Shown: positions 16,819-26,274 of the stretch, piece after piece
Position numbering within the stretch: the stretch's first letter is position 1
How the letters are laid out: each line of letters starts with the position of its first letter
Source: Paramicrosporidium saccamoebae KSL3
Taxonomy: Eukaryota; Fungi; Cryptomycota
Length of the DNA: 32,000 bases
Assembly: GCA_002794465.1 (NCBI GenBank)
Contig: MTSL01000165.1
Span: forward strand, 1-32,000
Direction of reading: 5' to 3'
Made by a program: the position numbers and the translations under genes
Notes under the pieces: model-generated
Told to the model about the DNA's origin: nothing
Databases searched by the model: none
The model's input: only the letters and a program-made list of their open reading frames with translations

Positions 16819-18558
16819 TTAATTTTGAGGACGGAACCAGAAATAGGCTCCCAGGACCAGACCAGCTGCCAACACCACTACGCCGCAAACAATAAGGAGA
16901 ATCATGCCTATGCCCATGCCCGCTGCACAAGTCTCGTTCCAAGCTTTGCGCAAAGGACCTTCTGGGAGAGCATCAATATCCTTTCTGGCTTTGCCACAGA
17001 GATCCTTGCTGTAATGCTCTTTTTTGGCTGCAAGCTTTGTGGCATCAACGTTTGTTACAAAGAGTGTGACCAATTCAGGATTTTCGCTAATGATCTTGAT
17101 CTCATCGGCAGTGTAGTCGTCGGGATTAAGAGAGCTCTTGGCTCCAATGGCGGCATTGATCTTGTCAGACACTGTCTTTACAACATCCACGTCAGAGGAC
17201 GAGGCACCATGAACAATGTGCGGAGCCGTGGGAAGGTATGCCTTGCTTCCGATAAGAAGAATAGGACTGGAGTGCGGGTTTTCACTGGTGTTAGTGGACT
17301 CGCCAAAATCAACAGCATCGTCGTCATCACTCCCCTCAATGTTCAATGCATCCTGACGTTGCTTCAAGCCAGCCTCTAGTTGGGTTTTCTTCTCTTCATA
17401 CCATTGCTGGATTTTACCAGTCGCTTCTTGTACCTCATGCAAACGTTTATGAGCCTGTTTGCCAAATTGTACCTTGATAGCTTCCTTTACATAGTTTGGT
17501 AGCTGAGAGTTATCAATTTCGTCAAATCCACCCAGACCTGACTTTAGGAATAAACTATCCAACTGCATCTTGCACGCTTCATTAATCTTTGTCGAGTCGC
17601 TTGTCCTGGCTCGCTTTACCTTTTGAGCAGCCGCACAAAGGTATGGTGTACCCGAGAGATCTTGATGCAGTTCGTTGAATAATGACATGTTTAAATAGAG
17701 CTGGACCGGCAACTTTTTGTACATGTTGTAGTCAGCAAACAGAGGGAAGTAGGCACCAAAGAAGCCTTTGATAGAATCTCCCACGGCGGCAATAGTGGCT
17801 GTCACGTTGCCTGTGCGGTTAGAAAGGAACCCGGTGATCGTGCTGATTGTGGCCTCGTTGTACATGGCCACCAGCCTTGCGTAGTCATAAACAGGCTTCC
17901 AGGGCGTCTGAACAGTCGTTGCTGCAATTTCAGTAACATTTTTAAAGAGCTTTTGGAGTTCAAGGCTAGCAGGACTTTCCGGATGATCTTGATTAAACTC
18001 TGTAAGAGTTGCCTCAATAACACTTTGAAGCGCCTGGAGTCCATCCTCCTGGATCGGAGCTTTTTCAACGACTGTTATCAAAGCACTAGTTAATTGTGCC
18101 CGCGTTGCAAGAGCTTCGTCACGCCTAGCAGTAATTGCTTCGATCTCAGCAGCTTTCTGGTCCGGGGTAAGAGAGTTGTCAGCAGGCACATTCTGGAGTG
18201 CTTTATCCAAGTCTGCCAATTGATACGCATTTTCGACTGCCTCTAACGCGAGCACCTTTGCAGCTTCTGCAGGTTGCTCATTATGTGTATGAACGACGGC
18301 TTGGAGGACTGCACTCGTTCCTCGATCAAAAGTATCCGCAATGGCATCGGCAGCCATGGCAAGCAAGAGAGTGTTATAATTTTCTTCAATCTTTGCTAGG
18401 GTTTCTGGAGCAAGCACATGTCTCTCTGCATTGGCTTTAAGCTGATCCACCGACGCTGCCATAGATCTTGTAGCCTGATCGACGTATGATAATCTTGAAG
18501 CGTACACATTGCTGATGAGCAGTGCCGCACCGATTAGTGCTCTGGCCGTGGGATACAT
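16819..18558 (-). CDS. Orphan type I membrane protein (about 579 aa)
   Basis: Likely start is the ATG at 18558 (MYPTARALIGAALLISNVYA, signal-like). Ala-rich helical ectodomain, acidic linker, membrane-proximal C-x22-C module and C-terminal TM. Confidence 0.85.
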   Translation of the reverse strand: MYPTARALIGAALLISNVYASRLSYVDQATRSMAASVDQLKANAERHVLAPETLAKIEENYNTLLLAMAADAIADTFDRGTSAVLQAVVHTHNEQPAEAAKVLALEAVENAYQLADLDKALQNVPADNSLTPDQKAAEIEAITARRDEALATRAQLTSALITVVEKAPIQEDGLQALQSVIEATLTEFNQDHPESPASLELQKLFKNVTEIAATTVQTPWKPVYDYARLVAMYNEATISTITGFLSNRTGNVTATIAAVGDSIKGFFGAYFPLFADYNMYKKLPVQLYLNMSLFNELHQDLSGTPYLCAAAQKVKRARTSDSTKINEACKMQLDSLFLKSGLGGFDEIDNSQLPNYVKEAIKVQFGKQAHKRLHEVQEATGKIQQWYEEKKTQLEAGLKQRQDALNIEGSDDDDAVDFGESTNTSENPHSSPILLIGSKAYLPTAPHIVHGASSSDVDVVKTVSDKINAAIGAKSSLNPDDYTADEIKIISENPELVTLFVTNVDATKLAAKKEHYSKDLCGKARKDIDALPEGPLRKAWNETCAAGMGIGMILLIVCGVVVLAAGLVLGAYFWFRPQN

Positions 18559-18812
18559 ATTACCTGTCACTAAACACCGCCCAATTCCCTTATGAAGTGC
18601 GTCCGTGAACTTGTCGCACCAATCGAGCGAGAGTCTCGGTGCGCACACGCACCAATCATAAAAATATCGTAAAAGATTACTGGTTTCTTGGACCACATCC
18701 AATCGAATTGGTCACTCCAAGAGATATGGACCAATTGAGCCGCGTGCTGCGGGTCATTTTTATTGGCTATCGACATACTGTAGGCACCAATGGACGGCCT
18801 GATTACCCAATA

Positions 18813-20311
18813 TCAGTCTTTGCTGTAAGAGTTTTGTAGCTACAGACAAGAGTTAATAAAATCAGAACGACATACTGCCCGTCTTGTCATTTCCTTGTAT
18901 GACTTTGGACCTGCATGCTCCAATGAGCCACCTAATCCAGCGCCTGGTCGCACTGTCGTCACAGCCTACACGATTTAGCTCAAATGAGTTAGGTACTTTG
19001 ATGGGCTCGGTTATGCCGCTTCCATCGGGCCCTAGGCCCTTACCAGCTTCCCAGCCCAGCTTTTTTAGTATTTTGGATCCAAATGATTCCGATTTTTCGT
19101 GTTGCGTCACCAAGTTGGGCTCTTCGGGATACAATTCTCGTCGCTCTGCAGCCCGATCCCGCGCAACTTTTGTTGGTTCTTCTAGTTGCTTGTAAGCCTC
19201 GACTCGAGACTGATGCTCGGATGACTCTTTGCCGTGAGCTTCGAGCTCCTCCTCACTGTCAAAGACTACTTGGCACAGAAAACAAGCTTTCAGGACGGGA
19301 TTCAGAAAAAATCGTATCCTTAGGCTCTGCTCCTCCTCTAGGCTGTTTGGGGCCGTTTCTGTTTGTGAGGTCACTTTCCATGGTTTGAATTGGATTTTTG
19401 GCTTTTTAGCTTGCGCAGGCTCGTTGGTAGTAAAGATCTTGGGTTGTGCTACTGTTTCAGTTGCCACTGCCGGATATGGAACAAGGCTGACTAGAGGATC
19501 CCAATGCTCCAGATGTGTGCTGTGACGATTCAAAAATAGAGTGTTAAGGGCAGCTAGATCGCGGCCAAAAGTAAGAGCATCACTGCCATGAGAACTGTAA
19601 AGTGCCCATTTGGCCTCTTCGGCTATATCCGCGGAGGGGTATTCGAGAAATGCAAAGCATTTTGAAACGGCCGTCTGCCGGTCAACCACAAGCCATACAC
19701 GTTCCAACTTTGCAGAAATCTGATGGCTCTCTACATAAATCTATTATGATAATCAGAGCTTCTGGTAGTGATACATTTTCGGCTGTGCAGTTTGGGGAAA
19801 TGGCCCTCAATAAAAGAAATTTTGTTGGAGTTGGACACACATCTTGAGAGCCCGTCAACTCGACGGCCTGAACGACAGTGACTGGAGCGGGAGAGGACTT
19901 GTTAACGAGACACTTGTAGCACTGTTGCCTCCAGTGGTAGTTGCTAGCTTTGCAGTATTGACATTCCCACCCACTCCGGACCTCTTCAACACTGTGCTCT
20001 ATCAGCACGGGATGATAATCAATGTAGAGGGCTCCAGAAAGGCTCAGCAGCGCTTCATAAGTTTCTGTATCGTTACAGGAGACTAAAGCAACGCCCTTTG
20101 TCAGACCTACTGGTCAGTCAGGCATTCAGCACGTACCTGACCGGTCTCTCAGTATCCTAATAAATTCGAGAGATTCTGGTGACTTCAAGTATGATGCCAC
20201 TGCAGCATATATCTATGACCATGAGATTTCCAATGGAGGGCATGCCGAAGCCTCACTAGCACTGATTGGGAGGCCTCGAATGACTAATGATCGTCGCATC
20301 GATGCGCTCAT
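18813..20311 (-). CDS. RBM5/RBM10-like splicing regulator (RRM - RanBP2 ZnF - RRM - C2H2 ZnF - G-patch), about 444 aa, 5 introns
   Basis: Reconstructed exons 20311-20246, 20212-20137, 20106-19775, 19740-18997, 18965-18876 and 18839-18813 (introns 33 GC-AG, 30, 34, 31, 36 nt). Motifs LVIRGLP, RILRDRSGLTKGVALV, WECQYCKASNYHWRQQCYKC, FLLLRAI, KCFAFLEY, CFLCQVVFDSEEELEAH..SSEH, RDRAAERR and G-patch FGSKILKKLGWEAGKGLG...EPIKAVTTVRPGAGLG. Confidence 0.85.
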
Positions 20312-20353
20312 TGGCTCCCCGGCATTGCCCCTTTCCGTTTTGGGCAGCGAGTA

Positions 20354-21961
20354 ATGCTCAGACTGTTTCGTCCCCGAACTGGTCATGGGCGGCGGCTCTT
20401 TATGGAGTTTTCAAGAAACAATTGGATTGGCGCAGTGGACCAAGGGACTACATCGACCCGTTTCTTTGTATTTGACGAGCAGGGCCAAGTCGTTGCATCG
20501 GCGCAGCAAGCAATAACACTAAAGTCTCCCTCGCCCGGCTGGATTGAGCATGATCCAGAAGAGCTGGTCGAGTCTGTAAAAAGCTGCATCGAGACTGCGT
20601 GTCGCGACATTTGGAACAAGCACAATGTAAACGCCAAGGACCGTATAAAAGCCATTGGAATTACGAATCAACGCGAAACAACGATTGCCTGGAGCCAGCG
20701 CACTGGCCGTGCCCTCCACCCTGCATTGGTTTGGATGGACACTAGGAACCGGGCCGATATAAAATCGCTCACTGCCCACTCGACCGTCAAGGAGCTATCA
20801 GGTCTTCCATACTCAACATATTTTAGCGCTGGCAAGATGAAGTGGCTGATTGAAAATGTATCAGATGTAAAGCAAGCGTTCCAATCGGATGAATTGCGCT
20901 TTGGAACAGTCGATTCGTGGCTGCTAAGGGTATGTTAGGATGTGGTGTTGATTGATGGCTGTAGAATTTATGCAAAGGGAATCCCCATGTCAGTGACGTC
21001 ACCAATGCTCATCGAACTTCATTGTTAAATCTCCAAAGCCTGCAATGGGATCAGGAACTCCTAGACTGCTACAAGCTGCCACCATCAGTTTCATCCTGCT
21101 TGCCCAGCGTCAAGCCGTCAGTTGCTGACTTTGGGGTGCTCGGTGACACTTGTCTCCAGGGAGTGCCTGTTTCAGCAGCGCTGGGCGATCAACACGCGGC
21201 TTTGTTAGGACGAGGATGTACCGAGGTTGGTCAGGTGAAGAATACTTATGGAACGGGATGTTTCCTTCTATGCAATGTCGGCACCAAGCCGATACTGACG
21301 GATGATGGGCTTGTTAGTACTGTTGCGTATCATCTCGGTGCTTCGCCCGTGTATGCTTTGGAGGCGCCGATTGCCAGCGCTGGGTCGTCCATTGAGTGGC
21401 TCAAGAGCAAGCTGGGAATGCTGGTCGATTCCAAGGAAATAGGTTTGTCCGGGAACAATGGTTTGATGTTTAGATGAATTGGCCGCCAAGAGTAGTGACG
21501 GAGTTGTATTTGTGCCGGCACTGGCCGGTCTACTCTCTCCCGAATGGGATCCTGACGTGTCTGGTGCGCTGCTAGGAATGCGGCTCAGCACGGGAAAGGG
21601 CGAGATTATCAAGTCAGTACTTGAGGCAATATCCTTTTCCAACAAGCAAGTTCTCGATCTAATGGGCGGACATGTTGGAACGACAATTAAGGAATTGATT
21701 GTGGATGGCGGATTGACTAATAGTCGCGCAATGATGCAAACTCAAGCAGACGCCCTTGGTATCCCAGTGGTCCGACCATATTTCAAAGAGGCCACTGTAT
21801 TTGGTGCTGCCAAGGCGGCAGCCATTGGGATCGGGATGGACCAGTGGCCATCTAAACCACCTGACACTAAGGCGGATATTTTTACTCCAAACCCCAGCTC
21901 TCCCGCATTGTATAAAGATTGGCTGGAGGCAATGAGCCTCGTGTCAACAATAAAAAAGTAA
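20354..21961 (+). CDS. GUT1: Glycerol kinase (FGGY family), 2 introns
   Basis: Exons 20354-20929, 20965-21442 and 21474-21961 (introns 35 and 31 nt). Motifs DQGTTSTRF, IGITNQRETT, VWMDTR, YFSAGKMKWL, FGTVDSWL, SDVTNAHRT, LGDQHAAL, KNTYGTGCF, FVPALAGL and LIVDGG. Alternative start at ATG 20402. Confidence 0.93.
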
Positions 21962-22125
21962 TTTGAGCGTCATATAGCGGTATAGTCTATTAAACAGAAT
22001 ACATATGACATTGCGAGGACCATGGCTAAGAATTCCCTTTCGTCCAATACAATATCACTGCTGATTGGTCAGTCTCGACAAAGCCAATACGCACACTGAT
22101 ACAAGTGCTGGTCCCTCTACTACAA

Positions 22126-23153
22126 ATGTCGTATTATGGAAGTACGCCACTATCGGGTTTGTCTAATGTTTTGTATAGACAAGTTTAGCCAGAAAGATCA
22201 CGAAGTGCTTCGGAAGGCGGCAGAGGCTGGCAAGGAGGGAAAGAAGCTGCCAGAGTTTGACGAAAAGGGCCAGTTGGTCAACCCGTATATTCCCATGTAC
22301 ATTTCCAAAGCTCCTTGTATGTCGCTGTGTCTGGCTTTATCTTTTAGGGTACATGAAGACGGGAGAGGAAAAGAGCCTGGAACATCAACGGACGACTGAA
22401 AAGGTTACCGATAGCGACGCACACCATCTCCGCGGCCTAGTTTCCACTGAGCCTGCTCAAAAGTTTAGAAAGAATGCCTGTGAAAACTGCGGTGCAATCA
22501 CACACAAAAGCAAGGATTGTCTAGAGCGACCCAGGAAAAGAGGCGCCCGATGGACGGGCAAGGACATGAAGCCAGACGAGTACATACAAGAAGCCAGTTT
22601 GGGATTTGAGGGCAAACGGGACAGGTGGGCTGGATACGATGCTGATGAGTATGTTGAGGTGCTGCAGGATTGGGAGCAGGCGGAGGCTGAACGAAAGGCG
22701 GCCGTGCAGCAGGCTAGCGAGAATGGCAAATTGTCGTCAGAGGACGAGGAGCTGTATGCAGAGACTGTTGATATGCCGGGACAAAAGGTGGATCTAAAGA
22801 CGAGGATGACTGTGAGAAATCTACGACTCCGTGAGGACACGGCAAAATATTTGACAGACCTCTCTTCTGATGCTGCCCTGTACGATCCAAAGACGCGTTC
22901 AATGCGTCTACCAGAAGCAACCGGCTTTGTTCCCGAGGACCAGCAGGAAGAAGGCCGTTTTGCCTGGGAACGGCCATCTGGCAAGACTACAGACGCCACA
23001 GAGCCTACAGCCAATGTAAAGAGGAAGCGGGTCGATCCCAGGCTCGAAGAAAAATATGGTTCCGTTGCCGAACCGCTGGCCCGTGTAGAAGTGTCAGATC
23101 GATATGTCGAATATGATGGGAAGGGAAACGTGACCCGATCAGTAAAAAGATAA
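22126..23153 (+). CDS. SLU7: Pre-mRNA splicing factor SLU7 (about 319 aa), 2 introns
   Basis: Exons 22126-22141, 22179-22316 and 22348-23153 (introns 37 and 31 nt). Motifs NPYIPMYISKAPWY, zinc knuckle CENCGAITHKSKDC, EGKRDRWAGY and TVRNLRLREDTAKYL...YDPKTRSMR. Confidence 0.9.
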
Positions 23154-23168
23154 TAGATTTATTCATAC

Positions 23169-23846
23169 ATGATAATTGTTGCTGACGGCTCAGAGTTGGT
23201 GTTGAGATTGGAAGAATTTATTGTCAGTGCGGCTAATACGACCATTGCAAAAAAGGGCGCTTTTAACTTGGCGCTATCCGGAGGGTCACTGGTGGCTCTG
23301 CTGGCGCAAAGTAAGTTGGCAAAGTGCTTGGATAGTGATTACTCGCGGTGGAATATTTTTTTGGCAGATGAGCGCTGTGTTCCTGTTTCAGACGCAGAAT
23401 CGACGTTTGGTGAGTACTGTCGGAAGATGAAACAGTTTGTTCAAGAGACAACGTTTCCTGAACCCTTCTCTCAAGGCGATGCGGGAGCTTCGGCGCGAGA
23501 ATACGAGGCTTTACTTCGTCGGGCTGGCGTGATGGATCTTGTGATATTGGGCCTCGGTCCTGATGGTCACACGGCCTCTCTCTTCCCACCCGTCACGCCT
23601 GAAATGTTGACAACTGAAAATTGGGTCGAGCCCGTCTACAACTCTCCCAAGCCACCCTCCACGAGGCTTACCATGACAATCCCATACATAAGTCAAGCAG
23701 GCTTGATTTCGTTTGTCGCCACAGGATCCAATAAGATACCGGCCTTGAAACGCACAAGTTACGATCGGACTTTGCCGCCCGCAGTGCTCCCCAAGGATCG
23801 AGTTTATTGGTTCTTGGACGGCATGTCTGCTTCGGGGATCCAATAA
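23169..23846 (+). CDS. 6-phosphogluconolactonase (Sol3/PGLS-like, 225 aa)
   Basis: Motifs LALSGGS, FLADERCVP, DLVILGLGPDGHTASLFP and NSPKPPSTRLTMT. Confidence 0.93.
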   Translation: MIIVADGSELVLRLEEFIVSAANTTIAKKGAFNLALSGGSLVALLAQSKLAKCLDSDYSRWNIFLADERCVPVSDAESTFGEYCRKMKQFVQETTFPEPFSQGDAGASAREYEALLRRAGVMDLVILGLGPDGHTASLFPPVTPEMLTTENWVEPVYNSPKPPSTRLTMTIPYISQAGLISFVATGSNKIPALKRTSYDRTLPPAVLPKDRVYWFLDGMSASGIQ

Positions 23847-23981
23847 AATCACACATTGTGGCTGCACATGTACCAATAATCTTGCAAGCTCAGGCCTGTT
23901 CTGCAATTCTTATTGGTAGTTATCGTGTGCTGTCGTCTTCTTATAAAACGAATTGCCGTTTGCATCAGATCCGCGTTAACA

Positions 23982-26123
23982 ATGAAGCTTGCCGGTGCCT
24001 TTTTCGTATTTGCCTGCTACTTGGGATCAATCCAGGCGGGAGGCCCGTCCTGCCAAACTTTGATCAGTATCATTGAAAATGCTGATGGGAATGTACGGGT
24101 ACTTGATAGGATTAAAGCTGCCAGCGGATTGATGACTCCAAAGTGCGTTGGGGAGCTGACTGACACAGGTTCCCATGATACTCTGAATGAATTTCTCGCA
24201 ATGAGAACAAGATTGTGGACCGCTGGTACAAAACTGAACGAGATCCCAGAGGGGCGAGTTCCTCATCGTGTCAAACCGCTTTGGTATGCTGTAAAGAGCA
24301 GCCTTTCCCCATTTGCTCGTGTCAAGAGTGCAGATCAACTACGTTATCTTTTCAACCAGGCAAACAAGATTAAATTGCTGTTGGATCAGTTTGGCGAACA
24401 TGAAGAAAAGGTGGATTTTTTTGCAGTAGAACTACTAGGAAACGTTGACAAGTGTATTGATTTTGAAGTCCTCTATCCGCAAGACACTATTCCTATTATA
24501 TTGGATATGGCTGAGGGCCCCAGGGCGAATGTGGAATCGGTCATTGAGACTGCGCGGAAAGGCGTACTTGTAGAATTTACTTCCATTCCCAAAGCCAAGC
24601 AAGGCCATACACTTGCGGGCAGTCTTGGAGGGGTTGGCGCGTTACTTCAGGGGGCCGATAGACATAAAATGCAACAAGTCAGGGAGAGAGATCAGCTGGA
24701 CATGGACAATAGGTCAGTACCAGTTGGCTTGAAAAAGTCGGATGACACTATTGAAGTCCCTGACCCTGCCAACCCTGGAAAGAATGTGTGGATCCCATGC
24801 AGCTCAGTTGTTGCCCTAGACATTAAAAGTGAAGCCGTCAAGGTCAAGACTATGAAGTCTGTGTGCTTCAATGAACTATCAAATAAGACTCTTGATGCTC
24901 TCACACCTGATGATGTTGCTGGAGTACCAGATAAGCACTTTGGTGCAATGAACTACCGCACGATTCGTAGGCTGTTCGTAAAGGGAAAGCTTGCCAACAT
25001 TAGCAAAGCCAGATTTGCGGAAATTGGAAAGAATGATCCCTTGGTTTGTACCGCATTTACAGAAGATTATGCTTCCAGAATCAACGACTTTAAGGATGTG
25101 TCTCTTTCGGCTGATTGTCTTCTTGCAGCTCCTGGATGGGCTTATTTGGTCCGAAAGATGGGAAGGTTAACTCCTACAGAGTTTTTTGAAAAAATTGACC
25201 CCAAGGCAATTGTTGATAACCTCGAGATTGTTGCTGCCGAGAACCAAATTACTTCAACGCAGTGGAAAAAGGTTGGCGAAGACATGTGCGCATATTTAAA
25301 ACCAGGAATGATTGAAGCCTACCCCAATCTGCAGGGAAGCCTCCCCGATAGCTGCTTTGATCTAAACCCTGGATTAATTATTGCAGGAAGCACCTCAGTG
25401 GCAAGGAGACATAAAGAGGCATACCTGACTCGACTCGTTAAGAGCAAGAATCCCGTTGGGGTCACTGCTGAAGTCTTTAATGAAGTTGTCAAGATGAAAG
25501 AGAAGGAGCTGGGTGAACTCACTGACGAGTGGTGCCAACTCATTGAGCAAAGTGCTAGCAAGCTTGACAAAAAGCTGTCAGTCCTCTTCAAATGTTCTGG
25601 ATTCGCGTTCAAAAACATTACTGATGTACAACTAGAGCATCTCGCTCGACAGCCGAGCTTCTGCGAAATGATGAGGCCTGATATTGTCACGGCCATTGGA
25701 TCGGACAGATTCTTTGAAAAGGTGAACAACAAATGTGTTCCCCAACTCGACGCCTCGGTGATGGGTTTAATGACTGAATCTCTAGATATTGAAGAGTTTC
25801 CATGGAAGTCGGTTTCTGAACAGCAACTGGTCTCTCTTAGCGGCGCAGTTATCGTAAAGGCGCTGTCCAAGTTGCCACCTAGCGCCGTGAAGAATCTCTC
25901 TGAAAGCCAAGAGCTGGCCATTGAAATGGATTCCGACGCCAAGAAGATTTATGACGAGCTCAAAGCCAAACAGAAGCCCGCGGATGCAAAGCCCGAGTCG
26001 GCTTCAGCAGACGCAAAGTCAGAGGCAGCTCCAGAAGGTGCAAAGCCTGCCACTGCTCCGGCTGATGCACCAACGGTTACTCCGGTGGCCACACCAGCGG
26101 TTACTCCGGCGGCCACGAGCTAA
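23982..26123 (+). CDS. Orphan secreted Cys-repeat helical protein with an Ala/Pro/Thr-rich tail (about 713 aa)
   Basis: Likely start is the ATG at 23982 (MKLAGAFFVFACYLGSIQA, signal-like). Four C-x(19-23)-C units; tail ending PTVTPVAT-PAVTPAAT-S encoded by a 24-nt duplication (26070-26117); no TM or GPI tail. Confidence 0.8.
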   Translation: MKLAGAFFVFACYLGSIQAGGPSCQTLISIIENADGNVRVLDRIKAASGLMTPKCVGELTDTGSHDTLNEFLAMRTRLWTAGTKLNEIPEGRVPHRVKPLWYAVKSSLSPFARVKSADQLRYLFNQANKIKLLLDQFGEHEEKVDFFAVELLGNVDKCIDFEVLYPQDTIPIILDMAEGPRANVESVIETARKGVLVEFTSIPKAKQGHTLAGSLGGVGALLQGADRHKMQQVRERDQLDMDNRSVPVGLKKSDDTIEVPDPANPGKNVWIPCSSVVALDIKSEAVKVKTMKSVCFNELSNKTLDALTPDDVAGVPDKHFGAMNYRTIRRLFVKGKLANISKARFAEIGKNDPLVCTAFTEDYASRINDFKDVSLSADCLLAAPGWAYLVRKMGRLTPTEFFEKIDPKAIVDNLEIVAAENQITSTQWKKVGEDMCAYLKPGMIEAYPNLQGSLPDSCFDLNPGLIIAGSTSVARRHKEAYLTRLVKSKNPVGVTAEVFNEVVKMKEKELGELTDEWCQLIEQSASKLDKKLSVLFKCSGFAFKNITDVQLEHLARQPSFCEMMRPDIVTAIGSDRFFEKVNNKCVPQLDASVMGLMTESLDIEEFPWKSVSEQQLVSLSGAVIVKALSKLPPSAVKNLSESQELAIEMDSDAKKIYDELKAKQKPADAKPESASADAKSEAAPEGAKPATAPADAPTVTPVATPAVTPAATS

Positions 26124-26274
26124 GCCATAAATACAAAGAAGCATGCAAATATGTGTAGATAGAGCTGAAAATAAAGCCATTCTAAACTAGCAGACTTGAG
26201 TCTTGCTTGGAGAGTAGTTTATGTAAAAAAGAGACGACTAATAGATAATGGATAGGTGAATCTACACTTGCGCA

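Noticed and set aside
15450-18370. Shared pentapeptide MAADA in the 266-aa and 579-aa proteins
   Set aside because: Both regions are Ala-rich and the flanks do not align, so chance is likely.
18813-22347. In-frame stops and frame breaks in the RBM5-like, glycerol kinase and SLU7 genes as recoding, an alternative genetic code or pseudogenes
   Set aside because: Every break is resolved by a short intron with proper donor and acceptor that restores conserved motifs. TAA, TAG and TGA all serve as normal stops in this window.
23142-23193. Possible GTAAAA...GCTGAC...CAG intron fusing SLU7 to PGL
   Set aside because: Splicing gives AGT TGG TGT TGA (a stop, wrong frame for PGL), and 52 nt is outside the 30-37 nt range seen here.
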